Assembly: GCA_963676915.2 (NCBI GenBank)
Contig: CAXXVK010000072.1
Coordinates: 190,359-254,358 of the forward strand
Reading direction: 5' to 3'
DNA from: Myxococcota bacterium
GTDB taxonomy: Bacteria; Myxococcota_A; SURF-8; G963663525
Length of the DNA stretch: 64,000 nucleotides
How positions within the stretch are numbered: the stretch's first letter is position 1; the number at the start of each line of letters is the position of its first letter. The notes under the pieces are model-generated. The model did no database searches. It saw only the letters and a list, made by a program, of their open reading frames with translations, and was not told where the DNA came from. The position numbers and the translations under genes are program-made. Shown one piece after another: positions 11,609-22,461 of this stretch.

Positions 11609-12511
11609 TCAGCGCTCGATATCCCGATGTCGAAGCAGGACGGGATAGGATTCCCCGAATTGTTTCAACCGTTTCTCGATTTCGATGGCCAGGGCGACCG
11701 AACGATGTCTTCCACCCGTACAGCCGATGGCTACCGTAAGGTAGGCTTTTCCTTCCTGGCGGTATTGCGGCAAGCTGAATTTCAACAGCTCCGTAACCAG
11801 TTCGATGAATTTTTTCGCCGGGTCGGTCGTTAGGACATATTCCGAAACTTCCCGGTTTTCCCCAGTTTTGTCTCGTAATTCGGGAACGAAATAGGGGTTT
11901 GGCAAAAAACGGACGTCAAAAACGAGATCGGCGTGAAGAGGCAGACCATACTTGAATCCGAACGACAATACCGTTACCTGGGGACTTACTCTCTCTTCAG
12001 CCCAGGAGTCGGTGAGGTCGAAAATACGTGCCCGCAGTTCGTGAACGTTCGAATGGGAGGAATCGATCACCGCCGTGGCATCGTCTCGAAGCGGCTCCAT
12101 CATGCGGCGTTCTTCTTTCAATGCGGAAAGAATATCGCCTTCGGAGGCCAGAGGATGAGGCCGCCGGGTTTCGGAAAAACGCTGAATCAGAACGTTTTCG
12201 TTCGCTTCGATAAAGATGATTTCAAGACCGATTCCCTGTTCTGCAAGGTCTTTTTTAATCGATTCGTATTGCGTGTCGAGGTGAACGTCCCGGCAATCCA
12301 CACCCAACACCACTTTTTTCGGTGGGACGAAGCCGGAAACATCGGGTTCCAGTCCGCTGAATACCTGAATGAGGCTCGGAATCATGATGATCGGCATGTT
12401 GTCGATGCAAAAGGCATCGCGATCTTTATACGCCTTGATCACAGTGGTTTTACCGGAGCCGGAAAGCCCGGTGACGATGGTTATGGTTTTCAGCCATTCC
12501 CTGTCGCTCAT
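11609..12511 (-). CDS. rapZ: RNase adapter RapZ (YhbJ/YvcJ)
   Basis: TGLSGSGKT P-loop, RFSETRRPHPL, SFGFKYG, FDVRFLPNP and GCTGGRHRSV. Confidence 0.93.
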   Translation of the reverse strand: MSDREWLKTITIVTGLSGSGKTTVIKAYKDRDAFCIDNMPIIMIPSLIQVFSGLEPDVSGFVPPKKVVLGVDCRDVHLDTQYESIKKDLAEQGIGLEIIFIEANENVLIQRFSETRRPHPLASEGDILSALKEERRMMEPLRDDATAVIDSSHSNVHELRARIFDLTDSWAEERVSPQVTVLSFGFKYGLPLHADLVFDVRFLPNPYFVPELRDKTGENREVSEYVLTTDPAKKFIELVTELLKFSLPQYRQEGKAYLTVAIGCTGGRHRSVALAIEIEKRLKQFGESYPVLLRHRDIER

Positions 12512-12975
12512 GGTTCTTCCTTCCGATTTTGCTGGATCATCAGGTTCCAGATGTCTTCGGAGTTTTCGGCTTGCATCACGCTTTCACGAAAGGAACGATG
12601 ACGGCACATTTTTGAAATTGTCGCCAGCGCCTTGAGATGGTCTGTCGTTGCCTGACTCGGCGCGACGATCAGGAAAAAAATATGAGAAGGTTTTCCGTCG
12701 ATAGCTTGAAATTCCACCCCTTGCGAACTTCTCGCAAAGCAGCAGCGGAGTCGGTCGAGTCCTTCGATTTTGCAGTGAGGGACGGCCACGCCGTTTTCGA
12801 TTCCCGTACTCCCCAGTTTTTCACGATCGAGAATGTTTCGGATAATCGTCTCGCGGTTGAGTTCCGGATAACATTGGAGCAATAAATCGACCAGTTCCCG
12901 AATTGCCGGTATTTTTTCACTTGCAGCCAGATCCGTAAAAATCGCTTCTGCTGAAAGTACCTCTTCGATCCTCAT
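12508..12975 (-). CDS. ptsN: PTS EIIA-Ntr (nitrogen regulatory IIA)
   Basis: REKLGSTGI..GVAVPH and F.AIDGKP motifs; directly downstream of rpoN. Confidence 0.88.
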   Translation of the reverse strand: MRIEEVLSAEAIFTDLAASEKIPAIRELVDLLLQCYPELNRETIIRNILDREKLGSTGIENGVAVPHCKIEGLDRLRCCFARSSQGVEFQAIDGKPSHIFFLIVAPSQATTDHLKALATISKMCRHRSFRESVMQAENSEDIWNLMIQQNRKEEP

Positions 12976-13045
12976 TCTATCGATACTCCTCGGTCTTTGT
13001 TGGCGACCGTGCCTTCACTTGGGGTTCAGGTGTTCGTTTGCGGGA

Positions 13046-14617
13046 TCAGTAGCTCTTTTTTCGTCCGGAAGAGGATAGAATTCCCAGCATTTCCCGGTAC
13101 TTGGCCACGGTACGTCTGGCGACGTTGATTCCTTCTTCTTTGAGAATATTGACGATTTTCTGATCGGAAAGCGGCTTTTTGGGATTTTCCCGGTCGATCA
13201 GATCTTTGATACGATTTTTTATTGTTTCCGAGGCGATGCCTTCGCCCTCGCTATTGGTGATTCCGCTGTTAAAGAAATATTTTAGCTCGAAAATACCTTG
13301 CGGCGTATGAACGTATTTTCCGGTGGTAACGCGGCTGACGGTGCATTCGTGCATACCGATGTCTTCTGCGATGTCCCGTAAAATCATGGGTTTGAGATTT
13401 TCGACCCCCACATCGAAAAATCCGCGTTGGCGTTGGACGATTGCCTCGGTGACTTTGTATATGGTTCGTTGTCTCTGATGAATGGAACGAATCAGCCAGG
13501 AGGCCGAGCGAATCTTGTTTTTGATATAATCCTTGGTTTCCGAATTCTTGTGATTGTCTTTCAAGGATTGCTGATAGGCGTTGCTGATGCGCAGCTTGGG
13601 TAGACCGTCTTCGTTCAGCAAAATGTGGTAATCGTCCCCGACTTTGTATACGTAAATATCGGGAACGACGAACTGCGTCGGAGAATTGGAATAACGGTGG
13701 CCCGGTTTCGGGTCCATACCGGCAATCAGGCGAAGAACTTCGGCAATTTTATCTTGAGGTACTTTGCACGCTCTGGCGATTTTGTCCACCCTGCGTCGTT
13801 CGACGAGTTTCCAATGATCTCTGAGCACGCGGGAAACCAGCGGGTTGGGCGGATCGAGAAAACGAGCCTGGGCCAGAAGGCATTCTTGAAGGTCGCGAGC
13901 GCCCGAACCGTAAGGATCAAACATCAAAATACGTTTGTGGACGATTTCCACGTCCGACATGTCGAAATCGTTTTGATGGGCGATATCTTCCAGGCTGATG
14001 CTTTTGACGCGACCTTTGGCGTCTTTGTATCCCAGGTAGCCATCGTCGTCGATGTTTCCGATGATTTGCTCGCCGATGGCGATTTCCTCGTCGGAAGAGC
14101 GTGAAAACCGAAGTTGCCACATCAGGTAATCGTGAAGAGAATTGTCCTGGGCCATCATCGACTCGAAACCCGGTCGGTCCTCTCCTCCCGTGTCACGGGG
14201 GGTGATGTCGGACGGTCCGGCCATGTAGTCGAAATACTTGTCCCAATCCGTATCGGGATCTTTCGTGCGTTCGGTCCCGGTTTCGGCGTTGGCAGCAAAA
14301 TCTTCCCGCAATTTCTCTTCGGCGTCTCGTGCGGGTTCTTCCATTTTGAGAAGATCGTTGGCGACATATTCATCGCCGGATGTCTCCCCCTGGACGGATT
14401 CGGGCTTTTCTCCGTCACTTTCGTTTTCGGGAAGGCTGGAAATTTCCTCAAAAGAGGATTCTTCCAGTGTTGGATTTTCTACAAGTTCCTTCTGAACCAC
14501 CTGCTGCAACTCTATCGTGTTGAGTTGTAGTAATTTGATGGCCAGTTGCAACTGAGGTGTCATCACCAGTTGCTGGGTAAGTTTTAGGCTTTGCTCAAGT
14601 TTTAACCCGATGGACAT
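13046..14617 (-). CDS. rpoN: RNA polymerase sigma-54 factor
   Basis: Q/L-rich region I (MTPQLQLAIKLLQL), HTH HE.TVSR and RpoN box ARRTVAKYRE. Confidence 0.97.
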   Translation of the reverse strand: MSIGLKLEQSLKLTQQLVMTPQLQLAIKLLQLNTIELQQVVQKELVENPTLEESSFEEISSLPENESDGEKPESVQGETSGDEYVANDLLKMEEPARDAEEKLREDFAANAETGTERTKDPDTDWDKYFDYMAGPSDITPRDTGGEDRPGFESMMAQDNSLHDYLMWQLRFSRSSDEEIAIGEQIIGNIDDDGYLGYKDAKGRVKSISLEDIAHQNDFDMSDVEIVHKRILMFDPYGSGARDLQECLLAQARFLDPPNPLVSRVLRDHWKLVERRRVDKIARACKVPQDKIAEVLRLIAGMDPKPGHRYSNSPTQFVVPDIYVYKVGDDYHILLNEDGLPKLRISNAYQQSLKDNHKNSETKDYIKNKIRSASWLIRSIHQRQRTIYKVTEAIVQRQRGFFDVGVENLKPMILRDIAEDIGMHECTVSRVTTGKYVHTPQGIFELKYFFNSGITNSEGEGIASETIKNRIKDLIDRENPKKPLSDQKIVNILKEEGINVARRTVAKYREMLGILSSSGRKKSY

Positions 14618-14674
14618 GCCCCGATCTCTCCCGATCTTCTATGAAATGACAAGTCTGCCATGATAAAAGACCCA

Positions 14675-14692
14675 TTGGCATTAAATTAGCAT
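14675..14692 (+). promoter_or_regulatory. Sigma-54 -24/-12-like site upstream of, and facing away from, rpoN
   Basis: TTGGCATTAAATTAGCAT has GG-N10-GC spacing, about 60 bp from the rpoN start codon. Confidence 0.45.
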
Positions 14693-15139
14693 GGCCTTGG
14701 GGGGACTGTCCAGTGAAAGTTGAGACAGGTTGTAACGAATATGTTTCGAACAATAGAAAAATCCCCCGAAATTTCACCGGATTTTTCGAATGCGGTGTTT
14801 TTTACTAGAAGTCAACCTAAAAAAAACGACCGAGGATTTCGAGGTGATTTCGAGACGAATTCGTCGTTGGCGAGACGCGGAATACCGGGAGTCTTTTAAG
14901 TCGAGACCGGCGGCGAAGTCGACCGAAAGCATCCGAAAGTCGACAGGAGTGTATTTTTAGGATGGCTTCTAAAAAGAATTCATTAAGAAAATGGAGAATT
15001 TTCAGGTGTTCCAAAGGAAATTGAGAAAGTCGTTGGAGGCAAATTCACAACGGAGATGTTTTGGCTGACAAGTTCTTCAGGTTTGACGTCGGACCGATAA
15101 AAGGTGTAAAGTGAATCCGTAAGGAAATTGGAGGTACGA

Positions 15140-15349
15140 ATGTCTATTTCATTCGATGAATTGAAAGCTGAGGTCCGAAAGCTTCCTGTTGCGAATAAAC
15201 GTGAGTTGCTCCTTGCGTTGATCGACGAACTGGATACGGATTCGGAAATTCTCAAAGCGCTTGATCTGGCGGAGACGAACGCAAAAACCAAAGAGATTTT
15301 TCAGTTTCACGCCGATGACGCGGATAGTTTTGAAATTGAGGACGATTAA
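15140..15349 (+). CDS. Small acidic protein resembling an addiction-module (antitoxin-like) component
   Basis: GGAGG SD and ATG. MSISFDELKAEVRKLPVANKRELLLALIDEL fits the 'LP..ER..L...L..SL' pattern. No toxin gene adjacent. Confidence 0.5.
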   Translation: MSISFDELKAEVRKLPVANKRELLLALIDELDTDSEILKALDLAETNAKTKEIFQFHADDADSFEIEDD

Positions 15350-15509
15350 TCCCCGTTGTTGAAGGGGGGGTTGCGATTTTTCGTATTTTTGGATAATATA
15401 ACGTTTCCAGTGTAGCTTTTACGAAAAAAAACGGAATTATTTACAACTTGCACGGCTTTTTATGTGGGGCGTCGTTTTTTTTCTAAACGAGGATCGGAAA
15501 GCGGTGGAA

Positions 15510-16058
15510 ATGGGTAAAATCGAGCGGGGATATTGGTTTTTTAAAAAAAACGACACGAAGAACAGGTCGAAACGTGCTTTCCAATACGGTGTGATGGTTT
15601 GGATTGTGGCCGGGCTTTTCTTTTCATGCGCCAGTAGCCCCTCTGTTGCGGATCGTACAGAAGACGCTGCGTCCTCCGCTACCCCCTGCCGGATGGAGAA
15701 ATTATTCCATTGCCCACCAGGGTTGGATCAGTGCATTGAAATTCCCTTAACGATTCCAGACGATTACACTGGCAACCGGGACGCCGAACTGATTCGCGTT
15801 TCTCACTGTCCTCCCGGTCATTCCATGTGTTACCAGATCGAATTGGCTTCAGAGAAAAAACGTCATCCTTCCGATAAAACGTCTCGTCGTTTACAACGTT
15901 TGTTGCATTGTCCTCCTGCAAGTGACGATTGCGTAGAAATTCCGCTCCACGATTCCCTTTCGGATACGGCATCTAAACCTGAGTTGATGCGCCTTTTTCA
16001 TTGTCCTCCATCCAGTGAAGAATGCTACGAAGTCGAATTGGAGCCCGATTGCCAATAG
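15510..16058 (+). CDS. Lipoprotein with four HCPPxxxxCx(E/Q)(I/V)xL repeats
   Basis: Lipobox-like LFFSC. Repeats: LFHCPPGLDQCIEIPL, VSHCPPGHSMCYQIEL, LLHCPPASDDCVEIPL, LFHCPPSSEECYEVEL. Confidence 0.7.
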   Translation: MGKIERGYWFFKKNDTKNRSKRAFQYGVMVWIVAGLFFSCASSPSVADRTEDAASSATPCRMEKLFHCPPGLDQCIEIPLTIPDDYTGNRDAELIRVSHCPPGHSMCYQIELASEKKRHPSDKTSRRLQRLLHCPPASDDCVEIPLHDSLSDTASKPELMRLFHCPPSSEECYEVELEPDCQ

Positions 16059-16176
16059 AGCCTTGTCGGAAATCACCTCGCGAGAAAGCATAGAACGGTT
16101 TGGGATCTTGAAAAACCGTTCGTGCAACTTAGACTATCCAAAGAAATTGGATGCGATGAAAACAGCGAGGTGAAGC

Positions 16177-16671
16177 ATGAACGAACAACCAACAATCGGT
16201 CGCAACAGTCACGTGACCTTTTCTTACCAGCTTTTCGATGAAAACGGCTTGCAGATCGATGCCAGCGGCAGTGACGAACCGTTGTCCTATATTCACGGGT
16301 ACGATCTGTTGATTTCCGGTCTCGAAGAAAAGATGGACGGCAAACAGACGGGAGAAGAATTTACCGTAGCCCTCGACCCGGAAGATGCTTATGGTGAACG
16401 GGACGAAAGCCTGATCATGAAAGTCGAACGTACCGAAATTCCTGAGGAAGTCGATCTTCAAATGGGAGGAAGGTTCACGGCGATCAACGAACAGGGGGAC
16501 CGGATGAACCTCGTCGTGCTCGACATTACTGACGAAGATGTCGTGCTTGATGCCAACCACCCTCTGGCCGGAAAAGCGATAACGTACAAAGTGAAAATCA
16601 AAAACGTTCGTCAAGCCACCGGTCAAGAATTGACCGCTTTAGGCGTGTCTCCCGACGGTAAAGTGCATTGA
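16177..16671 (+). CDS. slyD: FKBP-type peptidyl-prolyl isomerase, SlyD-like, without His-rich tail
   Basis: PLSYIHG...LISGLE, PEDAYGE and DANHPLAGK motifs. Confidence 0.88.
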   Translation: MNEQPTIGRNSHVTFSYQLFDENGLQIDASGSDEPLSYIHGYDLLISGLEEKMDGKQTGEEFTVALDPEDAYGERDESLIMKVERTEIPEEVDLQMGGRFTAINEQGDRMNLVVLDITDEDVVLDANHPLAGKAITYKVKIKNVRQATGQELTALGVSPDGKVH

Positions 16672-17055
16672 TCTGAAACGTTCGAGAGATTAATGCGAAT
16701 TAGATTTCCGGGAGGTGAAAAACCGAATGGTCGTTTGACGATCATTCGGTTTTTCTTTGAGCTTGTACGTCATGAATGGCAAGGAATTTGGAAAAGAAAA
16801 AAGAAGCATTTGTGTCGAAAAGTGCAGGAAATGCATGTTTTTTTTGCACTTGCGACGTCTTCGAGATACATTTAAGAAAAGCGTTTTATGACACTAGAGC
16901 AATAAGTAGTTTCTTTTTCGGGATTTGTCTTCAGAAAAAGCCTGAAGGTGACGATTTCTGTATTGTATAGGAATGCCCTATTTGAATAAGCGGTGGATCG
17001 TTTTTCACTTATGAAGAGTTCTTGATTCAGTGGACAGAAAAGGGAGGGAGAAGCC

Positions 17056-20000
17056 GTGCACGACCTGGAGAAAACTCGATCCCAGCTGATCGAAGAACTT
17101 CAAGCCGCCCATCGGAGAATCGCCGAGTTGGAAGCTCATATCTCCCCTTTCGAGGAAACAGATAAACGAAATTTGTCGGCTGGCAAGGTTGAACACCTTA
17201 ATGCTGTGCTTCGCGCTATTCGTAACGTCAACCAGTTGATTGTACAAGAGGAATCACCCGATCATCTGATTCGTAACGCCTGCAATTGTCTTACGGAAAC
17301 GCTTGGATATTACAATACGTGGATGGTTCGATTCGATCCGGTTGGGAACGTCATTTCCATGGCTCATTCGAACGTAGGCGAAGAATATTCACAGCTTGAA
17401 AAGAATATTTTGCATGGCGATTGGCCGGATTGCGCGAGAAAAGCATTTTCTCGCGAAGGTATCGTCATTACCAAAAATCCTGAAACCTCTTGTAAAAACT
17501 GCAACTTGTCTTCGCATTATCAACACAGAACAGGATATTGCGCGGCCCTTCGTTACGATGGAAAAACTTTCGGTCTTTTATCCGTTTCGGTGCCGGGACG
17601 TTTTGCCGAGGATGAGGAGGAACAATCTCTATTCAAAGAACTGGCCGACGATCTGGCTTTTGCTTTGTACCGCATCGATTTGGAAGAGAAAAACCGTCGG
17701 GACGAACCCAGGCTTCGGACACTGTTCGAACAAGCCGCGGATGCTATTTATATCTGCACGCCGGAAGGTAAATTTCTGGAAGTCAACGAGAGAGCTTGCA
17801 TACAGAGCGGGTATTCCAAAGATGAACTCCTTGAAATAAATGTTGTAGATCTGGATGCACGGATCGATGCTCCTTACAAATTGGCTGAATTCACTCAATC
17901 TCTAACAACCAGTTATCCAGTTACATTACAGTCCAGGCATCGCCGCAAAGATGGTTCGATCTATCCTGTGGAAATCACTATCTCAAGGATAGAAACTCCC
18001 GATGGAGATCAGGTTTTGGCAATCGCTCGCGATGTGTCCGACAGGAACGAGGCGATTCAAGCCTATCAAGAAAGCGAAGAGCGATTCCGTACCGTGATCG
18101 AGAATCTCCCGGTAGCCTTGTTTGCCCACGATATGGACGGAAACCTCGTGCTGGTCAACAAAACGGCTTGTCAAAGCACAGGTTATTCCTGTGAAGAAAT
18201 GTTGAACAAAAAGGTACATGATCTCGACCCGGCAAGTGTGGAACGTAAAGACAAAGAGCTGTATTGGCGCACTTCCGGATGAGTGGAAACCCACGGTTAT
18301 CGAATCCAGGCAAGTATGCAAAGATGGAACATCCTTTCCCGTTGAAATCCACCTAAACGCGATTCGTTTGGATGGAAAGCCTTTGATTTTAGGGATTGCT
18401 TTCAATATTTCCGAACGGAAGCGTCTGGAAACAGAACGTGCAAACCGCGAGTTGTTCCTGAGTCGATTGATCGATCAAAGTCCCTTTGCTACCTGGATTG
18501 CGGATGAAAAAGGAACACTCATTCAAGCGAATCCGGCAATAAAACGATTTCTCAACCTTACCGACGAACAATTGGTAGGGAAATACAATATTTTCGAAGA
18601 CCCTCAATTGAAGGAACAAGGGATTTCTCATTTAGTAGAGAGCGTTTTCACGAAAGGAGAAACCGTTCATTTCGAGATAACGTGGAATGGTGAGTTTATC
18701 GACAAACAAAAGTTTGCAGGTTCACGAACCGTTCATATCGACGCAACGATGTACCCCGTTTTCGACTCTGCTGGTCAATTGACGCATGCGGTAGTTCAAT
18801 GGGTCGAAATCACCGACAGAAAAAATGTCGAAAGGGCTTTAAAGGCGGCTCTGCACGAGCAAGAAGCCATTTTCGAGAGCAGCATGGTAGGAATCATGGT
18901 GCTTCACCATGATCGGATCATTACCAAGGTGAATCGTCGAATGGCGGATATGCTGGGGTACACGCAAGAAGAGATGACGAATGTCAGCCCAAGGCCGTTC
19001 CATGTTTCTCACGAGCATTACGTTGATTTTGGCAAATCGTATTATTGGCGGCTCGCCGAAAAAGAGCAGGTACAAATCGAATTTCCGTTTCGTCATAAAA
19101 ATGGCAATACGGTGTGGTGTTTGTTCAGTGGCAAGGCTTTCGCTCCTCCCGATTTGAAAAAAGGCGTTGTATGGGTGATCGACGACATCACCGAACGTAA
19201 ACGGATGCAGGACGAGTTAATCAAAAGGAATTCGGCAGCGAAACAAGCTGAAATTCTTGCAGAAACCGGTTATTTCGAGCGGAACTGGCTGACGGGAAGA
19301 GGGTATTGGTCCGATGGTTTTTGCCGTTTGCTCGGTCTCGATCCGGGGAACGTTCTCAATCATGATGACTTCATGGTTTTTATCCACGACGATGATCGGC
19401 AACGAACGGCAGATCATATCCAAGATTGTTTGGCTCATCATCAACCGATGGATGTGGAATTTCGCATCGTGCAAAAGCACGGAAAGATTCTGGATATTCA
19501 CGGGATCGGAGAAACGGAATACGACGAAAAAGGACGCCCCTGGAAAACCCGAGGAACGTTCCAGAACATATCGAAGCGAAAAGGGGAAGAGGAAAAGCGC
19601 AAGAAGCTAGAGGAACAGCTTCGGCAATCGCAGAAAATGGAATCCATCGGAAGACTTGCCGGTGGAATTGCTCATGATTTCAATAACTTGCTTACGGGTA
19701 TCTCGGGAAATATCTCTTTGGCGCTAATGGATCTTGACATCGACGATCCTGTGGTGGAGATGCTGGAAGAGATCGACCATGCTTCGCAGAGCGCAGCGGA
19801 TCTGACGCGCCAGCTATTGGCCTTTTCCCGCAAGCAGATCATCAAGCCGAAAAATCTCGATCTCAACAAGCAGATCGATACCATGCACAGGATGCTGGTA
19901 CGGCTGATCGGTGAAGATATCGAACTGAAAACGATATTCGGGTCCGATGTGGGAACGATTAAAGCCGATCCGGGGCAATTGGAACAGATTCTTATCAATC

Positions 20001-20791
20001 TGGCCGTCAATGCTCGTGACGCGATGCCCAAAGGCGGTAAAATGATCATTGAAACCGCCAATGCTTCTTTGGATCTGAAATATTGCATGATGAATCCGGA
20101 TGTTGAGCCGGGTTCTTACGTCATGTTCGCGATTTCAGATACCGGAGAAGGAATGGACGAAGACACACTTGCGAAAGTTTTCGATCCGTTTTTTACAACC
20201 AAACAGGAAGGTGAAGGCACCGGTTTGGGGTTGGCTACCGTGTATGGAATCATCAAGCAACACAACGGACATATCAGGGCGTATTCGGAAATAGGGCAGG
20301 GCACGACGTTTAGAGTCTATTTCCCAAGAGTGCTGGAACATGCAGAGGATTTCGTCCGGCAAACGTCTGCGGGGGATTTGCCCAAGGGAACGGAAACAGT
20401 TCTTGTGGTCGAAGATGAAACGATGGTGCGGAAAATTGCACTGAAAATTCTGAAACGACAGGGATATGAAGTGCTTGAAGCGGATTGTGGCGCAAATGCT
20501 TTGACGTTGGTAGAAAAGACCTCCAAGCACATCGATTTATTGATGACGGATATCGTGATGCCGAAAATGAACGGTCGTGAGTTGGCCGAAAAACTGTGCA
20601 AGCGGCTTCCCGACCTGAAAGTCCTGTTTACCTCCGGGTATACCGAGAACGTCATCGCCCATCATGGTGTGTTGGAAAAGGGACTCCATTTTATAGGAAA
20701 ACCCTATACGCCTTTGGCTTTGGCCAAAAAAGTACGTCACGTATTGGATCAGGAAAAAAATAGGGAAATCTGCAATAAAAAGAAAAAGTGA
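17056..20791 (+). CDS. Hybrid sensor histidine kinase (GAF, multiple PAS, HisKA, HATPase, REC); frameshift near 18270
   Basis: GAF domain and repeated PAS motifs (KDGS.YPVEI); GIAHDFNNLL, NLAVNARDAM, FFTTK..GTGLGL; REC with VEDE and TDIVMP. The two ORFs join inside a PAS domain. Confidence 0.9.
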
Positions 20792-20836
20792 TCAACGTTC
20801 CTTCTACGGTTTGGCTTTCCCCAAAAGAGCAATCCC

Positions 20837-21577
20837 TTACCCTTTCAGGATGATAGCCGTTCCCGCGAACAAAAGAACGATATAAACCGCTGTTCGAAAA
20901 TTTCGTTCGGGCAGGCGGTTGTGGACAGCTTCGCCGAGTAAAATCCCGATGAGCAGAGCGGGAAGCAGTTTCATGCTCAACAGCGAGGTTTCCTGGTCGA
21001 TTCGTCCCGCTGCCAGATGTCCGACGAACAGCACGATGTTCAAAATCAACCATACGGCGGCCAGAGTACTGCGGAAACGTCCCTTGGTCACGAGGGAACG
21101 GCTGGCCCAATAGGCGACCAACGGCCCGCCGGAAACCCACAATCCCTGGGCAACTCCTCCGCCGACCAGCCAAAGCCACGAGGCGTCTTCTTCGGGTGTT
21201 TCCTGGGTGGTTCTGGAAGCTTTATAGATGCGCCATAGCTCGAAACCTGCAAGAAACAGGACGAAAACGCCGAAAAGAGGCTTCATCCAATCGGCGTTGG
21301 CATGTTCGAATAGCCAGATTCCGAGCGGCATTCCGAGCATGGACAGGGGCAAAATTTGTTTCAAAAGGCGTTTGAAATCGATTCCTTGTCGATGGCGTCC
21401 GACGAGATAGATGCAGATGACGAGGTTTAGCGGGACAATCACCGGAACCAGCAGTGAAAGGGGAAAGAACAACAGGCCGAAGGTCAGCGAAAGGATGGCG
21501 CTGCCGAATCCCACTGCCGTACCGACCATGTATCCCACCGTAATCACGATGAAGAGAAAAAGATCTTCCAGTCCCAT
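20837..21577 (-). CDS. TauE/SafE-family (sulfite exporter-like) membrane protein
   Basis: Hydrophobic; GTAVGFG and a repeated G...SGGP motif. Last gene of the GRE operon. Confidence 0.8.
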   Translation of the reverse strand: MGLEDLFLFIVITVGYMVGTAVGFGSAILSLTFGLLFFPLSLLVPVIVPLNLVICIYLVGRHRQGIDFKRLLKQILPLSMLGMPLGIWLFEHANADWMKPLFGVFVLFLAGFELWRIYKASRTTQETPEEDASWLWLVGGGVAQGLWVSGGPLVAYWASRSLVTKGRFRSTLAAVWLILNIVLFVGHLAAGRIDQETSLLSMKLLPALLIGILLGEAVHNRLPERNFRTAVYIVLLFAGTAIILKG

Positions 21578-21590
21578 TTGTGCCGTTCTT

Positions 21591-22433
21591 TCAACCCGAA
21601 ACACGGGCGGCGGCTCCTCGCGAAAGGAGCAGCACACCCGAAACGATAACCAGCATCAATACCACTTGGACGACGACAGGATATAGACCGTAGACGGTGA
21701 CTTCAAGAAAAAGCGGCGTGAGAATCGTGGCTGAATTCACGGCGGAAACAACCTCGATGGCTCGGCTTTTCAAAAAGCCGAACTGTGTGACGACGGTGGC
21801 GGTGGCGGCGAAGAGAAGGGCGATGTATGGAAACGGATTGCTCAGTTGTCCCACGAAATCGCCCCCGGCTTCCACCAATGCGATGTCTGCCAGAAACAAG
21901 GCCAGACCGATGAGCATCCCGGCCATGGAACCATAGGCCAATCCGTGCATTTTGGGCCAGAAACGTGACACGTAGCAACAAACCACACCACCGGCAACCA
22001 GTGTGACGACCGCCGTTACCAAGCGCCATGTGGTGAATTTTCGTATCGATTCACCATGCTCCCCGCCGAGATAGGCCAACAGTGAGGTTCCCACCACCAC
22101 AAGAGCGATTCCCAAAAAATCTTCGCGTCCGAAACGTTCTCCGATCACGTACACGGCGTACAGTCCCAGGCCGATCAGTCCCACGCCCGTCATGGCCGAC
22201 ACCGCCGAAGGAGATTGCGACAGCTTCAGGCCCAGAGAAAACGGTATGGTGGCGCTGGCGGTCATGGCAAACCCCAGAATCCAGAGAATGAGTTTTCCCC
22301 GGTACGGAGGGTGGAACATTTCCCGCCAGTGGCTAAAGACATGCACAAACTGTTTTTGCACGCCTTTGCCGACGTTCATCAGCAAGGCGGCAAGCATTCC
22401 CAGCGCGAGACCGAGGATAAAAAGGTCGTTCAT
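21591..22433 (-). CDS. DMT-superfamily (NIPA/EamA-like) membrane transporter
   Basis: About 9 TM segments; N.GK..QK in TM1 and GERF after TM4. Confidence 0.65.
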   Translation of the reverse strand: MNDLFILGLALGMLAALLMNVGKGVQKQFVHVFSHWREMFHPPYRGKLILWILGFAMTASATIPFSLGLKLSQSPSAVSAMTGVGLIGLGLYAVYVIGERFGREDFLGIALVVVGTSLLAYLGGEHGESIRKFTTWRLVTAVVTLVAGGVVCCYVSRFWPKMHGLAYGSMAGMLIGLALFLADIALVEAGGDFVGQLSNPFPYIALLFAATATVVTQFGFLKSRAIEVVSAVNSATILTPLFLEVTVYGLYPVVVQVVLMLVIVSGVLLLSRGAAARVSG

Positions 22434-22461
22434 TATAGCTTCCGTTTCGGTCCTGCCGGAG

